DNA of 58,503 nucleotides, taken from contig JAVEYA010000004.1 of NCBI GenBank assembly GCA_034003745.1, positions 1 to 58,503 on the forward strand. Reading direction: 5' to 3'. The position numbers were made by a program, and so were the translations under genes. Position 1 is the stretch's first letter, and each line of letters opens with the position of its first letter. Source of the DNA: Clostridia bacterium (GTDB lineage Bacteria > Bacillota > Peptococcia > DRI-13 > PHAD01). The notes under the pieces are model-generated. The model had not been told where the DNA came from, searched no databases, and saw only the letters and a program-made list of their open reading frames with translations. Of the stretch, positions 50,353 to 58,090 are shown piece by piece.

Positions 50353-51552
50353 CTAGGACTTAAATTTTTTTACAAGACTCAGGAATTCCTCATCGGTAAG
50401 CAGACGTTTCTTTTCAATTCCCAGGGTTTTAACCTCTTTTAAGAGCGTTTGCTTTTGTTCGGTATCCAGTTCAATCTGCTCTGCTTGCAGCTTCATCTCA
50501 ATGGACGTCATCCCGCTCTTTTTACCTAATACCAATTTAGGAGCTCTGCCGAGGAAAGCGGGATTTATGGCAAACATGGCCAAAGGCGCATGAATCAAGG
50601 CGTCGGCGCCGATACCCGATTCCCGCGTATAATTGTCCTCACCAACAACAGGTTTGTTCCGGGCCAGCTTAAACCCGCTCATTTGCTCTACTCGCTTGGA
50701 CAATTCCACTATTTTCTCCACATCAATTCCCAGATCGTGGTTCAGGAGCAGTTTGAACGCCACCATCACTTCCTCCAAAGCGCAGTTACCGGTCCGTTCC
50801 CCCATTCCGTTGATGCAGCAATGGACCACCTCCGCCCCGGAGCATACGGCTTCAATGGAAGTGGCCAAGGCCAGGCCAAAATCATTATGGGTATGTATTT
50901 CAATGGGCAGCCCGGTTCTTTCTTTCATGAACTCCGTAAGATAAGCGATCGTCCCGGGCAAAGCGCAGCCCATCGTATCCACCAATCCGATAGAGTCGGG
51001 CTTTTTCAATTGCACGAGCGCGTCAAGCAGGCGCTCCAAGTCTTCTTCATCCGCCCTGGTCGTATCATAAGGGAAAAGCACGGTATACAATCCCAGCTCT
51101 TTAGCTTTAGAAATGGATCGTATGCTCATATCGATGATACGCTCTACTTCCCATTTAAACTGGAGCTCCAGTTTAGGCCGGCCGATAGGCAGTTCAATAA
51201 TGACCCCGTCTGCTCCGCATTCCCGGGCCATAATAATATCCTCATCCGAAGCCCGGGCAAAAGAAAAGATTTTTGACTTCAAGTTAAGCTTTTTGATTTC
51301 TTCCAGAGCTTGGCGGTCATCCTGCGATACCGCGGGCATACCGGCTTCAATCCTATGAACGCCGGCTTCCGCTAACCGCCGGGCGATTTCTATTTTTTCT
51401 TCCTTCCTTAATACAACGCCCGGTGTCTGTTCCCCATCTCGCAACGTAGCATCATGAAGTTCTATTTGGGCAGGAAGTGAGTACCGTTGCCTTATCGCTT
51501 CCTTATAGTTGTAATTACTAACCCACCAGTTATCATTCCTCCAACGCTCCAT
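50353..51552 (-). CDS. DRE-TIM metallolyase of the LeuA/NifV/CimA (HMGL-like) family, short form without the LeuA regulatory domain
   Basis: HDATLRDGEQ, HTHNDFGLA, NGMGERTGN. Start set to ATG MERWRN with AAGGAG 9 nt upstream. The listed 495-aa ORF runs through the promoter region and into the HAD gene. Confidence 0.8.
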   Translation of the reverse strand: MERWRNDNWWVSNYNYKEAIRQRYSLPAQIELHDATLRDGEQTPGVVLRKEEKIEIARRLAEAGVHRIEAGMPAVSQDDRQALEEIKKLNLKSKIFSFARASDEDIIMARECGADGVIIELPIGRPKLELQFKWEVERIIDMSIRSISKAKELGLYTVLFPYDTTRADEEDLERLLDALVQLKKPDSIGLVDTMGCALPGTIAYLTEFMKERTGLPIEIHTHNDFGLALATSIEAVCSGAEVVHCCINGMGERTGNCALEEVMVAFKLLLNHDLGIDVEKIVELSKRVEQMSGFKLARNKPVVGEDNYTRESGIGADALIHAPLAMFAINPAFLGRAPKLVLGKKSGMTSIEMKLQAEQIELDTEQKQTLLKEVKTLGIEKKRLLTDEEFLSLVKKFKS

Positions 51553-51602
51553 AAACTTCAGCTCCTTTAAGTTTTTGTCCATACAATAAATATATAATAT
51601 AT

Positions 51603-51620
51603 TATTATATGATATATGAT
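51603..51620. promoter_or_regulatory. 18-nt motif, inverted copy 2 (candidate operator upstream of the metallolyase-TRAP operon)
   Basis: tattatatgatatatgat is the reverse complement of ATCATATATCATATAATA at 47245-47262. Confidence 0.35.
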
Positions 51621-51704
51621 TATATTCAACAGCATTTTTCAAATTCCTTCCTCTCTGAGAATTTTTTATGAAAGCCTTCCGACAATTATTAAATCCGCAG
51701 GCAA

Positions 51705-51749
51705 CAAAAAAGAGCGTGGCGCTCGTGTTTAAAACGAACTCGCCACGCT
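51705..51749 (-). terminator. Rho-independent terminator after the HAD gene
   Basis: agcgtggcg (51713-21) pairs with cgccacgct (51741-49). Followed by CTTTTTTG on the minus strand. Confidence 0.6.
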
Positions 51750-51769
51750 GCCGAAACCTTACAGCTAGC

Positions 51770-52471
51770 TTATAATTCCTTCCGGACAAATTCCAGCAAA
51801 TCGGATAAAGACCCCCGCCCTTGGGGTACAAAGGAGGCATTCTCTCGTTCGATCAGGTAGTCGGTAACCAGATAGGTTTTCAGCCCCAGTTGGGAAGCCA
51901 CCAGATCCTCTCCGGTATCATTGCCGATCATCCAGCAGTCTTCCGGGTGCAGGCCATGACCCTGCAGTATCTGCTGATAATATAACAGGCTGGGTTTACT
52001 GCTTTTGCTGTTTTCATAGCTGGTTACATGCAGCCAGGGAAGCTGGTCAATTCCGGCCCATCTCATTCTTTCCATAATAGCCTTCCTGGGGAACAAGGGA
52101 TTGGTCGCCAGAATAATTTGCCAGCCCCTTGATAACACTTCTTCCGCCACCAGACGGGCCTCATCCGCGCGTTTCACGTATCTCTCCAATAAAGGAAACT
52201 CCTGTGTATAGAAATTTTCCAGCACCGGATAGACTTCTTCCTTTCTTTTACCTATAGCCGGAAGAAAGCTTTGCATAAATACTTCCTCATTGGTCCGGCT
52301 GCCGTCGTTTTGGACCATCCTATGCGTGGATTCCAGCAGGCGCTGCGTAAAAACCTGAGGTTCGGCCAAAGAGCGGCAGTAATTAGAAATCGCCTGTAAG
52401 TATTCCTTCAGAAAAGCCTCAATATCTACATGTAATAACGTCCCGTCCAAATCAAAAAGAACCGTCTTCAT
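51770..52471 (-). CDS. HAD-superfamily hydrolase/phosphatase
   Basis: Motif I LFDLDGTL at the N-terminus and motif IV GNDTGED near the C-terminus. Confidence 0.8.
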   Translation of the reverse strand: MKTVLFDLDGTLLHVDIEAFLKEYLQAISNYCRSLAEPQVFTQRLLESTHRMVQNDGSRTNEEVFMQSFLPAIGKRKEEVYPVLENFYTQEFPLLERYVKRADEARLVAEEVLSRGWQIILATNPLFPRKAIMERMRWAGIDQLPWLHVTSYENSKSSKPSLLYYQQILQGHGLHPEDCWMIGNDTGEDLVASQLGLKTYLVTDYLIERENASFVPQGRGSLSDLLEFVRKEL

Positions 52472-52499
52472 TTTTTACAACCCCCTCGTCTCTTCTCAT

Positions 52500-53945
52500 C
52501 TATATCTTTAAAACTTCATATACTGCCTTCAGGCTATCCTCCGTTCCCACGTTACCGGGGAAAATCACATAAGGCGCGCCGGGAAACAAGCTCTCCGGGC
52601 CAAGATGCCAGACCGGGACGCCCGGGAGAATTTGACCCATTACCATAGCCCTTTTCACCTTCAGGGCTCTGACGCCCACGTCGCTGGAAGTAACGCCGCC
52701 TTTAGCCACCAGAAATCCCGGCCGGCTGGAAAGACCCTGAATAACCCGGACCAGCCCTAAAGAAACCCGATTGGAAAAAATCAGATTGCTTTCGCTCTTC
52801 TGGTGCAGGGGATCTCTCCAGAGGTATTCCCGGCTGGTATAAATACAGACATTCCGCCCTGCTTGAAAGGCAGCCTCAGTTTCTTTGATAACTCTGGCCA
52901 CTTCTTTCTCCAGGCCCTCATCGTCTTGGGCTTTACTTACATCCCACTCCACGCCGGTCAGATCCGGCGAGGCCAGCAATTTCTCCAGTTGGCGGGTCGT
53001 CTTCTGAACGTAGGAACCGGCCACGATCAGTCCCGGCTGCGGGTTGCGCCCTGCCGGATAAAGTGTTTCTTTCGTCAAGATCGGCTTGGGGATAATCCCG
53101 CCCATTACCTGCACAAAAGGCGCCGCTGTCCGATACAGGTACCTTTTCCCCTGAGCCAGGGCCTGGGCCAGGCTAATGCTGAAAATCTTCAGATCGGTAT
53201 AGTCAAAAGCGTTCAGGACTAATTTATTGAAATTCTTTAAGCCCAGCAGCGGTTCACTAATGCGGTCCAAATTCCTGTGCCGCAAATCTTCCAGGCTGAC
53301 GCTCTGCACCCGGCCGGCAGGGAAGCGCCCTTCGGTCTTTTCCTCCACCCACTCTTTGAGATCAGAGGATTTATAGCCGAAGGTCCCGTCTTTGGCGAAC
53401 TCCGTCTGCCCGGCCGGAACCAGCATATCCCCTTCTTTGACGTAGTGAACGTCTGCATAGGTATACCGCCCCCCTTCCAGAAAAAAGGGTGCGATAATTT
53501 CGCCGTCCACCGGAATCCCCGCTTTTTGGTATTCCTCATAGATAACTTGCGTCTCCAATGGGTAGTGGCCCCGTAAGGTGGAGTCACCCCGGGAGATCAG
53601 CTGGAAAGGGATGTTCTGCTCCCTGCTTATTTTCAGAAGTTCCCGGGCAATCTGCCTGTGCAGGACCTCCGTCTGCTCTGCAGTCAAAGCACGGGAATTT
53701 GTCAGGATATAGATGAGTTTGCAGGGGTCATTAAATACTTGCCGCAAAATCTCCGGTTCCCAGGAAGTATAAACCGGAATGCCGTGTACCGTCTGGACCC
53801 CGGTAGGATCGTCATCTAAGACGATGATTTTTCCCGCTATACTTGCCACGGCCTCCTGCCAAGCTCCGTCAATTTCCTCCCGGCTCACCGCCGGAGGGAG
53901 CATCGCTGTCAGGTCCGCCCAAGTTTGCCGCTTTTCCGTTACCAT
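52500..53945 (-). CDS. Four-carbon acid-sugar kinase family protein (DUF1537)
   Basis: N-terminal VLDDDPTGVQT motif and C-terminal nucleotide-binding-type region (LVAKGGVTS). 481 aa. Confidence 0.78.
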   Translation of the reverse strand: MVTEKRQTWADLTAMLPPAVSREEIDGAWQEAVASIAGKIIVLDDDPTGVQTVHGIPVYTSWEPEILRQVFNDPCKLIYILTNSRALTAEQTEVLHRQIARELLKISREQNIPFQLISRGDSTLRGHYPLETQVIYEEYQKAGIPVDGEIIAPFFLEGGRYTYADVHYVKEGDMLVPAGQTEFAKDGTFGYKSSDLKEWVEEKTEGRFPAGRVQSVSLEDLRHRNLDRISEPLLGLKNFNKLVLNAFDYTDLKIFSISLAQALAQGKRYLYRTAAPFVQVMGGIIPKPILTKETLYPAGRNPQPGLIVAGSYVQKTTRQLEKLLASPDLTGVEWDVSKAQDDEGLEKEVARVIKETEAAFQAGRNVCIYTSREYLWRDPLHQKSESNLIFSNRVSLGLVRVIQGLSSRPGFLVAKGGVTSSDVGVRALKVKRAMVMGQILPGVPVWHLGPESLFPGAPYVIFPGNVGTEDSLKAVYEVLKI

Positions 53946-53996
53946 ATCTACAAACCTCGCTTTTCATGTGTCGATTCTGTGTAGTCTCACAGAGGC

Positions 53997-54875
53997 TTAC
54001 TTCAGCTTATTTTCTTCTTTCATCAGTTCAATGATATAGCAGTGGTCCATTTTGCCATAGCCCTGATCCTTGGCGCTCTGGTAATAATGCCTGCCCAGCT
54101 CGGTGAGGGGAATTTTATAGCCCAGGTCCTCAGCCATTTGGGAGGCCAGGCTGAAATCTTTGGCCATCAGCTCCAGACAAGCTGCAGATTCGTATTTTTT
54201 CGGGATAATATATTCAGGCACGGAACGTTCCAGCATCCGGCTGTTTCCCCAGGCATTGACCAGGACATTTAATAATTCCTGGAGATTCAAGCCGGCTTTT
54301 TCCCCAATCAGCATGGCTTCACAGACAATAGCCTGGTTGACGCCCGTCAGCATCTGATTGATCAATTTGGTCACATGACCGGAACCGGTCGGTCCCATGT
54401 AAACTACATTGGTACCCATAGTTTTTAAGACTGGGAGGGCCTTTTCAAAGGCCTCTTTTTTGCCTCCTATCATGATGGCCAGAGTACCCTGAAGAGCTCC
54501 GCCGGCCCCGCCGCTAACCGGAGCGTCCAGAAAGAACACCCCCGCCGCGGCCAGTTTTTCCGCCAATTCTTTAGCCAGCTTAGGTGAGGCTGTGCTGTGA
54601 TCGATGACAATGGCCCCAGGTTTCAGGTTATCGTACATTTCAGCCACCACAGCCCTTACCGCAGCGTCGGAAGTCAGCGACAGGGCTACGACATCGGCCC
54701 CTTCAACGGATTCCCCCAGGGTCTCGGTGGTTTTAGCCCCTTGGGCGACTATCTCTTCCACATTAGCGTAGCATTCATCCTTGCGGTTCCATACGATAAT
54801 CTCAAAGCCGCCTTTTAAAATATTGGCGGCCATTCCTTTGCCCATCTGTCCCAGGCCTATAAACGTAACCTTCAT
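53997..54875 (-). CDS. NAD(P)-dependent beta-hydroxyacid dehydrogenase (3-hydroxyisobutyrate / tartronate-semialdehyde reductase family)
   Basis: MKVTFIGLGQMGKGMA Rossmann motif, DAPVSGG, catalytic-Lys context GSGHVTKLINQ. Confidence 0.88.
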   Translation of the reverse strand: MKVTFIGLGQMGKGMAANILKGGFEIIVWNRKDECYANVEEIVAQGAKTTETLGESVEGADVVALSLTSDAAVRAVVAEMYDNLKPGAIVIDHSTASPKLAKELAEKLAAAGVFFLDAPVSGGAGGALQGTLAIMIGGKKEAFEKALPVLKTMGTNVVYMGPTGSGHVTKLINQMLTGVNQAIVCEAMLIGEKAGLNLQELLNVLVNAWGNSRMLERSVPEYIIPKKYESAACLELMAKDFSLASQMAEDLGYKIPLTELGRHYYQSAKDQGYGKMDHCYIIELMKEENKLK

Positions 54876-55009
54876 GCTTTTTCCTCCTTATGACTGCCTG
54901 AATATTATCCTTATAATAATACGTCATCCTCTTAGTTTATCCTTCTTAATACAACAAAGCCGCTTCCTCATTTGCCAATGAACGATAATAATTTCAAGTG
55001 CGCTAATGC

Positions 55010-55038
55010 TTGACAGATCAGCGGCATAATTTTATCCT
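55010..55038 (+). promoter_or_regulatory. Sigma-A-type promoter of the VOC gene
   Basis: TTGACA (55010-15), 17-nt spacer, TATCCT (55033-38). The same element is duplicated at about 57343-57371. Confidence 0.5.
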
Positions 55039-55076
55039 AAGTCTATAAATAATAATATTGTTTGTGGAGGGAAATA

Positions 55077-55442
55077 ATGAAATTCTGCTGGAGTACATTA
55101 ACAGTTAACAACATGGATGAATCAATTAATTTTTATACTGAAATCATTGGGTTAAATGTAGTCCGCCGATTTCCTGCGGGGCCCGGAACAGAAATTGCCT
55201 TTTTAGGCGAGGGAGAAACCCAAATAGAACTTATCTGCCAAGAAGGAAACGGCCAAACAGACGCCGGGCGAGATATTTCCTGGGGCTTTGAGGTTGATTC
55301 CCTTGAAAAGGCGCTCGCTCTTATTAAAGATAAGGGAATTCCTATAGAGAGCGGTCCTGTTCAACCAAATCCGCACGTAAAATTTTTCTTTATTAAAGAC
55401 CCCAATGGAATGAAAATACAGCTGGTAGAGAACATAAAATGA
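55077..55442 (+). CDS. VOC-family (glyoxalase/bleomycin-resistance/dioxygenase fold) protein
   Basis: 121 aa, paired beta-alpha-beta-beta-beta pattern (VNNMDESINFYTEIIGL..., DPNGMKIQLVE). Start ATG MKFCW after GGAGGG. Confidence 0.85.
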   Translation: MKFCWSTLTVNNMDESINFYTEIIGLNVVRRFPAGPGTEIAFLGEGETQIELICQEGNGQTDAGRDISWGFEVDSLEKALALIKDKGIPIESGPVQPNPHVKFFFIKDPNGMKIQLVENIK

Positions 55443-55457
55443 TCCCGTTTATGCCGT

Positions 55458-55500
55458 GATGAAGAAGACCTGATTCGTAATGAATCAGGTCTTCTTCATC
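55458..55500. terminator. 19-bp perfect hairpin between the convergent VOC and SEDS-like genes
   Basis: gatgaagaagacctgattc / gtaat / gaatcaggtcttcttcatc. Confidence 0.6.
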
Positions 55501-55533
55501 GCGGCAACATCTGCGCTGTAAGAGCTTAAATGC

Positions 55534-56889
55534 CTACTTTCTTATAAAAGAAATGATCAATTTTCCGTCGTTCCATTGAATCATACTGTCGTCGCCGCTG
55601 TGAGTAACAGCCTTATCCTTCACCATATCCCCTATCCTGAATACCGACAGCATCAGGCCTATCAAGACTAAATTGATAACAGCGGCCGTATCCCCATAAG
55701 AAATGAGCGGCAGGGAGATAGGCGCACTAAATTGGAGGCCTAAGTTAAACAGGACATAGCTTAATACTTGCATGGCAAAGGTCAGCATGACAGAGACGGA
55801 TATAAGCGAACCCAGAACGCTTTTTTGCTTGAAACTAAGCATAAAACCTCTGACGATAAAAAACAGCAACAAACCTATGATCATGATAAAAGCAATCCAG
55901 CCGAAACGGAAGATCAAGTATGTCAGGAGATAATCGGTCTGAAAAAACATTTCAGACATTGTCAGCATTGAATACTCTACCGGCATTGACCCACGTCCGA
56001 AGATTACCGAACCATCCAGCAAAGCCCTCATCATCAGGCTGAAATATCCGGCGCCCGTAGAATCAAGGGCGGGGTTTAAGGCTATTTGCAGCCGCAGCCA
56101 ATAATAGTGGGGCATATTCGTCAATACCAGAAGAACGAAAATAATGGGCGGGATAAACGTAAGCAGATAACCGTAAAACTTTTTAACTTTAAACCATCCT
56201 TTATATATAGCTGCCGTCAGAATAATCCATCCTGACACAGCGGTCAGCAAAAGGCCCGTTGCTGTTGGAGTCAGAATGTTGACAAACATCATTATAAACA
56301 AAGCCGCCTGGCAAAGGATTATTCCCTTGTAACCTATGTTTCTTGCGGCATAAACAACAGCGGCGAACCCCAGGGGAAATAGCAAAGGGGGGATCAAACC
56401 GGCATAAAAACGCCTGCCGTTGATCATTGGCGAGTAAATCAAAGTAGCAGCCGACAAAGCAAGGGTAAAGAAGTACGTTAATTTCGGGAACTTGCCTATG
56501 AGCGTAAAGTCTGTAAAATATGCCGCTGCCATTAATATTAAACCCACAGCAGCAGCAAAAACCGGTTTGTCAAAATCACCAATACCCATAGTGAAAATTT
56601 TGATAACCAATCCGACAGCCACAAGGACAACGGTTAATACAATCATATCCCACTGCGATTTGGGCCGGTGCGTACGGTCAAGCTGCGTCCCAACAAGGAC
56701 AGGGTCCCCCATCTGTACAATCGCCTTTTCCGTGGCCGTGCTTACATCCGTCCCTTCAACCATATAGGCGTCTCTTTGATCTATCAGATGATTCTCTAAT
56801 TCTTCGGAAACAACCGGATGCGCCTTCTTCCATCTGACCTGCTCGCAAACGGAGCTTACATACTCCTGTATTTTCTCAAAAGGCGGCAA
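55534..56889 (-). CDS. Divergent SEDS (FtsW/RodA/SpoVE) family membrane protein with an N-terminal PadR-associated prefix domain
   Basis: aa 1-75 form a soluble helical domain of the type found after PadR genes. About 10 TM helices follow. SEDS-like landmarks: NPALDSTGAGYF, FFQTDYLLTYL (compare TDFIF) and PISLPLISYGDT (compare PxxSYGGS). Confidence 0.68.
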   Translation of the reverse strand: MPPFEKIQEYVSSVCEQVRWKKAHPVVSEELENHLIDQRDAYMVEGTDVSTATEKAIVQMGDPVLVGTQLDRTHRPKSQWDMIVLTVVLVAVGLVIKIFTMGIGDFDKPVFAAAVGLILMAAAYFTDFTLIGKFPKLTYFFTLALSAATLIYSPMINGRRFYAGLIPPLLFPLGFAAVVYAARNIGYKGIILCQAALFIMMFVNILTPTATGLLLTAVSGWIILTAAIYKGWFKVKKFYGYLLTFIPPIIFVLLVLTNMPHYYWLRLQIALNPALDSTGAGYFSLMMRALLDGSVIFGRGSMPVEYSMLTMSEMFFQTDYLLTYLIFRFGWIAFIMIIGLLLFFIVRGFMLSFKQKSVLGSLISVSVMLTFAMQVLSYVLFNLGLQFSAPISLPLISYGDTAAVINLVLIGLMLSVFRIGDMVKDKAVTHSGDDSMIQWNDGKLIISFIRK

Positions 56890-57250
56890 AACTCACACCC
56901 CCGTGCAGGACCTGATTAACCGCGCCGGCATATTTGGCCCATTGGGCCTGTTTACTTTCGAGGAATTTTTTACCCTTGGCCGTAAGATGATAGTACTTCC
57001 TGACTCTGCCGCCCTCTGCGCGATCATCGTAAGACTTCAGTATCTCCTCATTCTCCAGGCCGTGCAGCAGAGGGTACAGCGTTCCTGCTTTTAAATCAAA
57101 AATGTTATTTGATTTGCGGGATAACTCCTCAATCATCTGATACCCGTACATATCCTTTTCTTCCAGCAGCTTCAGAATCAGCATTGTCGTACTGCCTGTA
57201 ACCAGGCTTTTGTCCAGCGTCAATTGTGTCTCCCCCCATATATAGATCAT
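56876..57250 (-). CDS. PadR-family transcriptional regulator
   Basis: MLILKLLEEKDMYGYQMIEEL...GTLYPLLHGLENEEIL...RKYYHLT. Overlaps the downstream gene by 14 nt. Confidence 0.88.
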   Translation of the reverse strand: MIYIWGETQLTLDKSLVTGSTTMLILKLLEEKDMYGYQMIEELSRKSNNIFDLKAGTLYPLLHGLENEEILKSYDDRAEGGRVRKYYHLTAKGKKFLESKQAQWAKYAGAVNQVLHGGVSFAAF

Positions 57251-57287
57251 CTATATATAATATATATCGGCCATCTACATATGTCAA

Positions 57288-57315
57288 TAAAAAAGCCCGA
57301 TTTTCATCAAGTCTC
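57288..57315. repeat. Degenerate copy of the 5S-terminator hairpin element
   Basis: cccgattttcatcaagtctctt compared with cccgattattcatcgagtctcttt at 58381-58404. Confidence 0.5.
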
Positions 57316-57317
57316 TT

Positions 57318-57496
57318 ATGAATAATTCAAGTACACTAATTCTTGACAAATCAACGGCATGGTTTTATCCTATGCCTATAAAGATAAGGGAATTCCTGTG
57401 GAGAGCGGTCCTGTTCAACCAAATCCGCATGTAAAATTTTTCTTTATTAAAGACCCTAATGGAATGAAAATACAGCTGGTTGAGAACATCAACTAA
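57318..57496 (+). pseudogene. Internally deleted second copy of the VOC gene: promoter plus the last 38 codons
   Basis: 57318-57382 aligns with the promoter/leader at 54978-55049. 57383-57496 aligns with 55329-55442 (106 of 114 nt identical by hand count). About 279 nt, including the RBS, the start codon and most of the CDS, are missing. The in-frame codon just upstream is a TAA. Confidence 0.78.
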
Positions 57497-57539
57497 GCAA
57501 TAAAGAAGCTTCCATGCAACGTAGAAGCTTCTTTATTGC
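57497..57539 (+). terminator. 16-bp perfect hairpin after the VOC remnant
   Basis: gcaataaagaagcttc / catgcaacgta / gaagcttctttattgc, followed by ttgctttt. Confidence 0.65.
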
Positions 57540-57552
57540 TTGCTTTTCAAGT

Positions 57553-57591
57553 ACTTGTACGGTACAATCAATGTATAAGTACCGTACAAGT
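57553..57591. repeat. 13-bp perfect inverted repeat
   Basis: acttgtacggtac (57553-65), 13-nt loop, gtaccgtacaagt (57579-91). Confidence 0.6.
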
Positions 57592-57593
57592 GA

Positions 57594-57947
57594 GGGGATT
57601 CCCATTGGGCGCTTGCCGCATCAGAAAAAGCAACTGACTCGTCTGTTTTCATTAAGTTCATGCTGCAAGCAATCCGCGATGCATTAAGCGAGCTTTTACA
57701 TACCGATCAAGTACGCGAACAAGGAACCGAGCAAGTCAAGCGTTTATTGACTACGCTTGGTAATGATACACTATCTGCAAAAGAGTTGATGAATAAACTT
57801 GGCCTCAAACACAGACCGACGTTCAGGGAAAATTATCTGCTCCCCTCGCTGAGGCTTGGGCTGGTCGAAATGACCGTACCCGACAAGCCAAACAGCAGCC
57901 GTCAACGTTACCGGGCAAAAACTCAGAAATTAAATAAAGAGACTTGA
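57594..57947 (+). pseudogene. C-terminal wHTH fragment of a Fic-type / AAA-4-type ATP-binding regulator (5' part missing)
   Basis: TEQVKRLLTTLGNDTLSAKELMNKLGLKHRPTFRENYLLPSLRLGLVEMTVPDKPNSSRQRYR matches the conserved C-terminal tail of much larger proteins. The frame opens only at 57594, and the first ATG (57660) has no RBS. Confidence 0.5.
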
Positions 57948-57970
57948 TTCTCTATGAATCAGGTCTCTTT
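57936..57970. terminator. 15-bp hairpin: terminator for the plus-strand fragment and the relic 5S terminator
   Basis: aaagagacttgattc / tctat / gaatcaggtctcttt, then TTT. Confidence 0.6.
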
Positions 57971-58060
57971 TTCCTGCAACAACATACTCTCCTCGGGTAA
58001 AGCATCTAGTTCTATCTATGCTAAATATCTTAACTGCCATTGGTGGATTGGGCTAAACCA
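57971..58060 (-). pseudogene. Degenerate 5S rRNA relic
   Basis: Aligns by eye with the true 5S at 58410-58503. ttcctgcaacaacatactctcc matches ctcctggcaacgacatactctcc, and tcttaactgcc matches gcttaactgcc. The intervening positions are heavily substituted. It is preceded by the same terminator-type hairpin. Confidence 0.5.
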
Positions 58061-58090
58061 AATTCTATTAAATTAAAATCTACTTTATAA

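Noticed and set aside
51553-51840. N-terminal 95-aa extension of the listed 495-aa ORF (50353-51840)
   Set aside because: The extension crosses an AT-rich promoter region and a terminator and overlaps the HAD gene. The conserved metallolyase domain begins right after ATG 51552, which has a good AAGGAG RBS.
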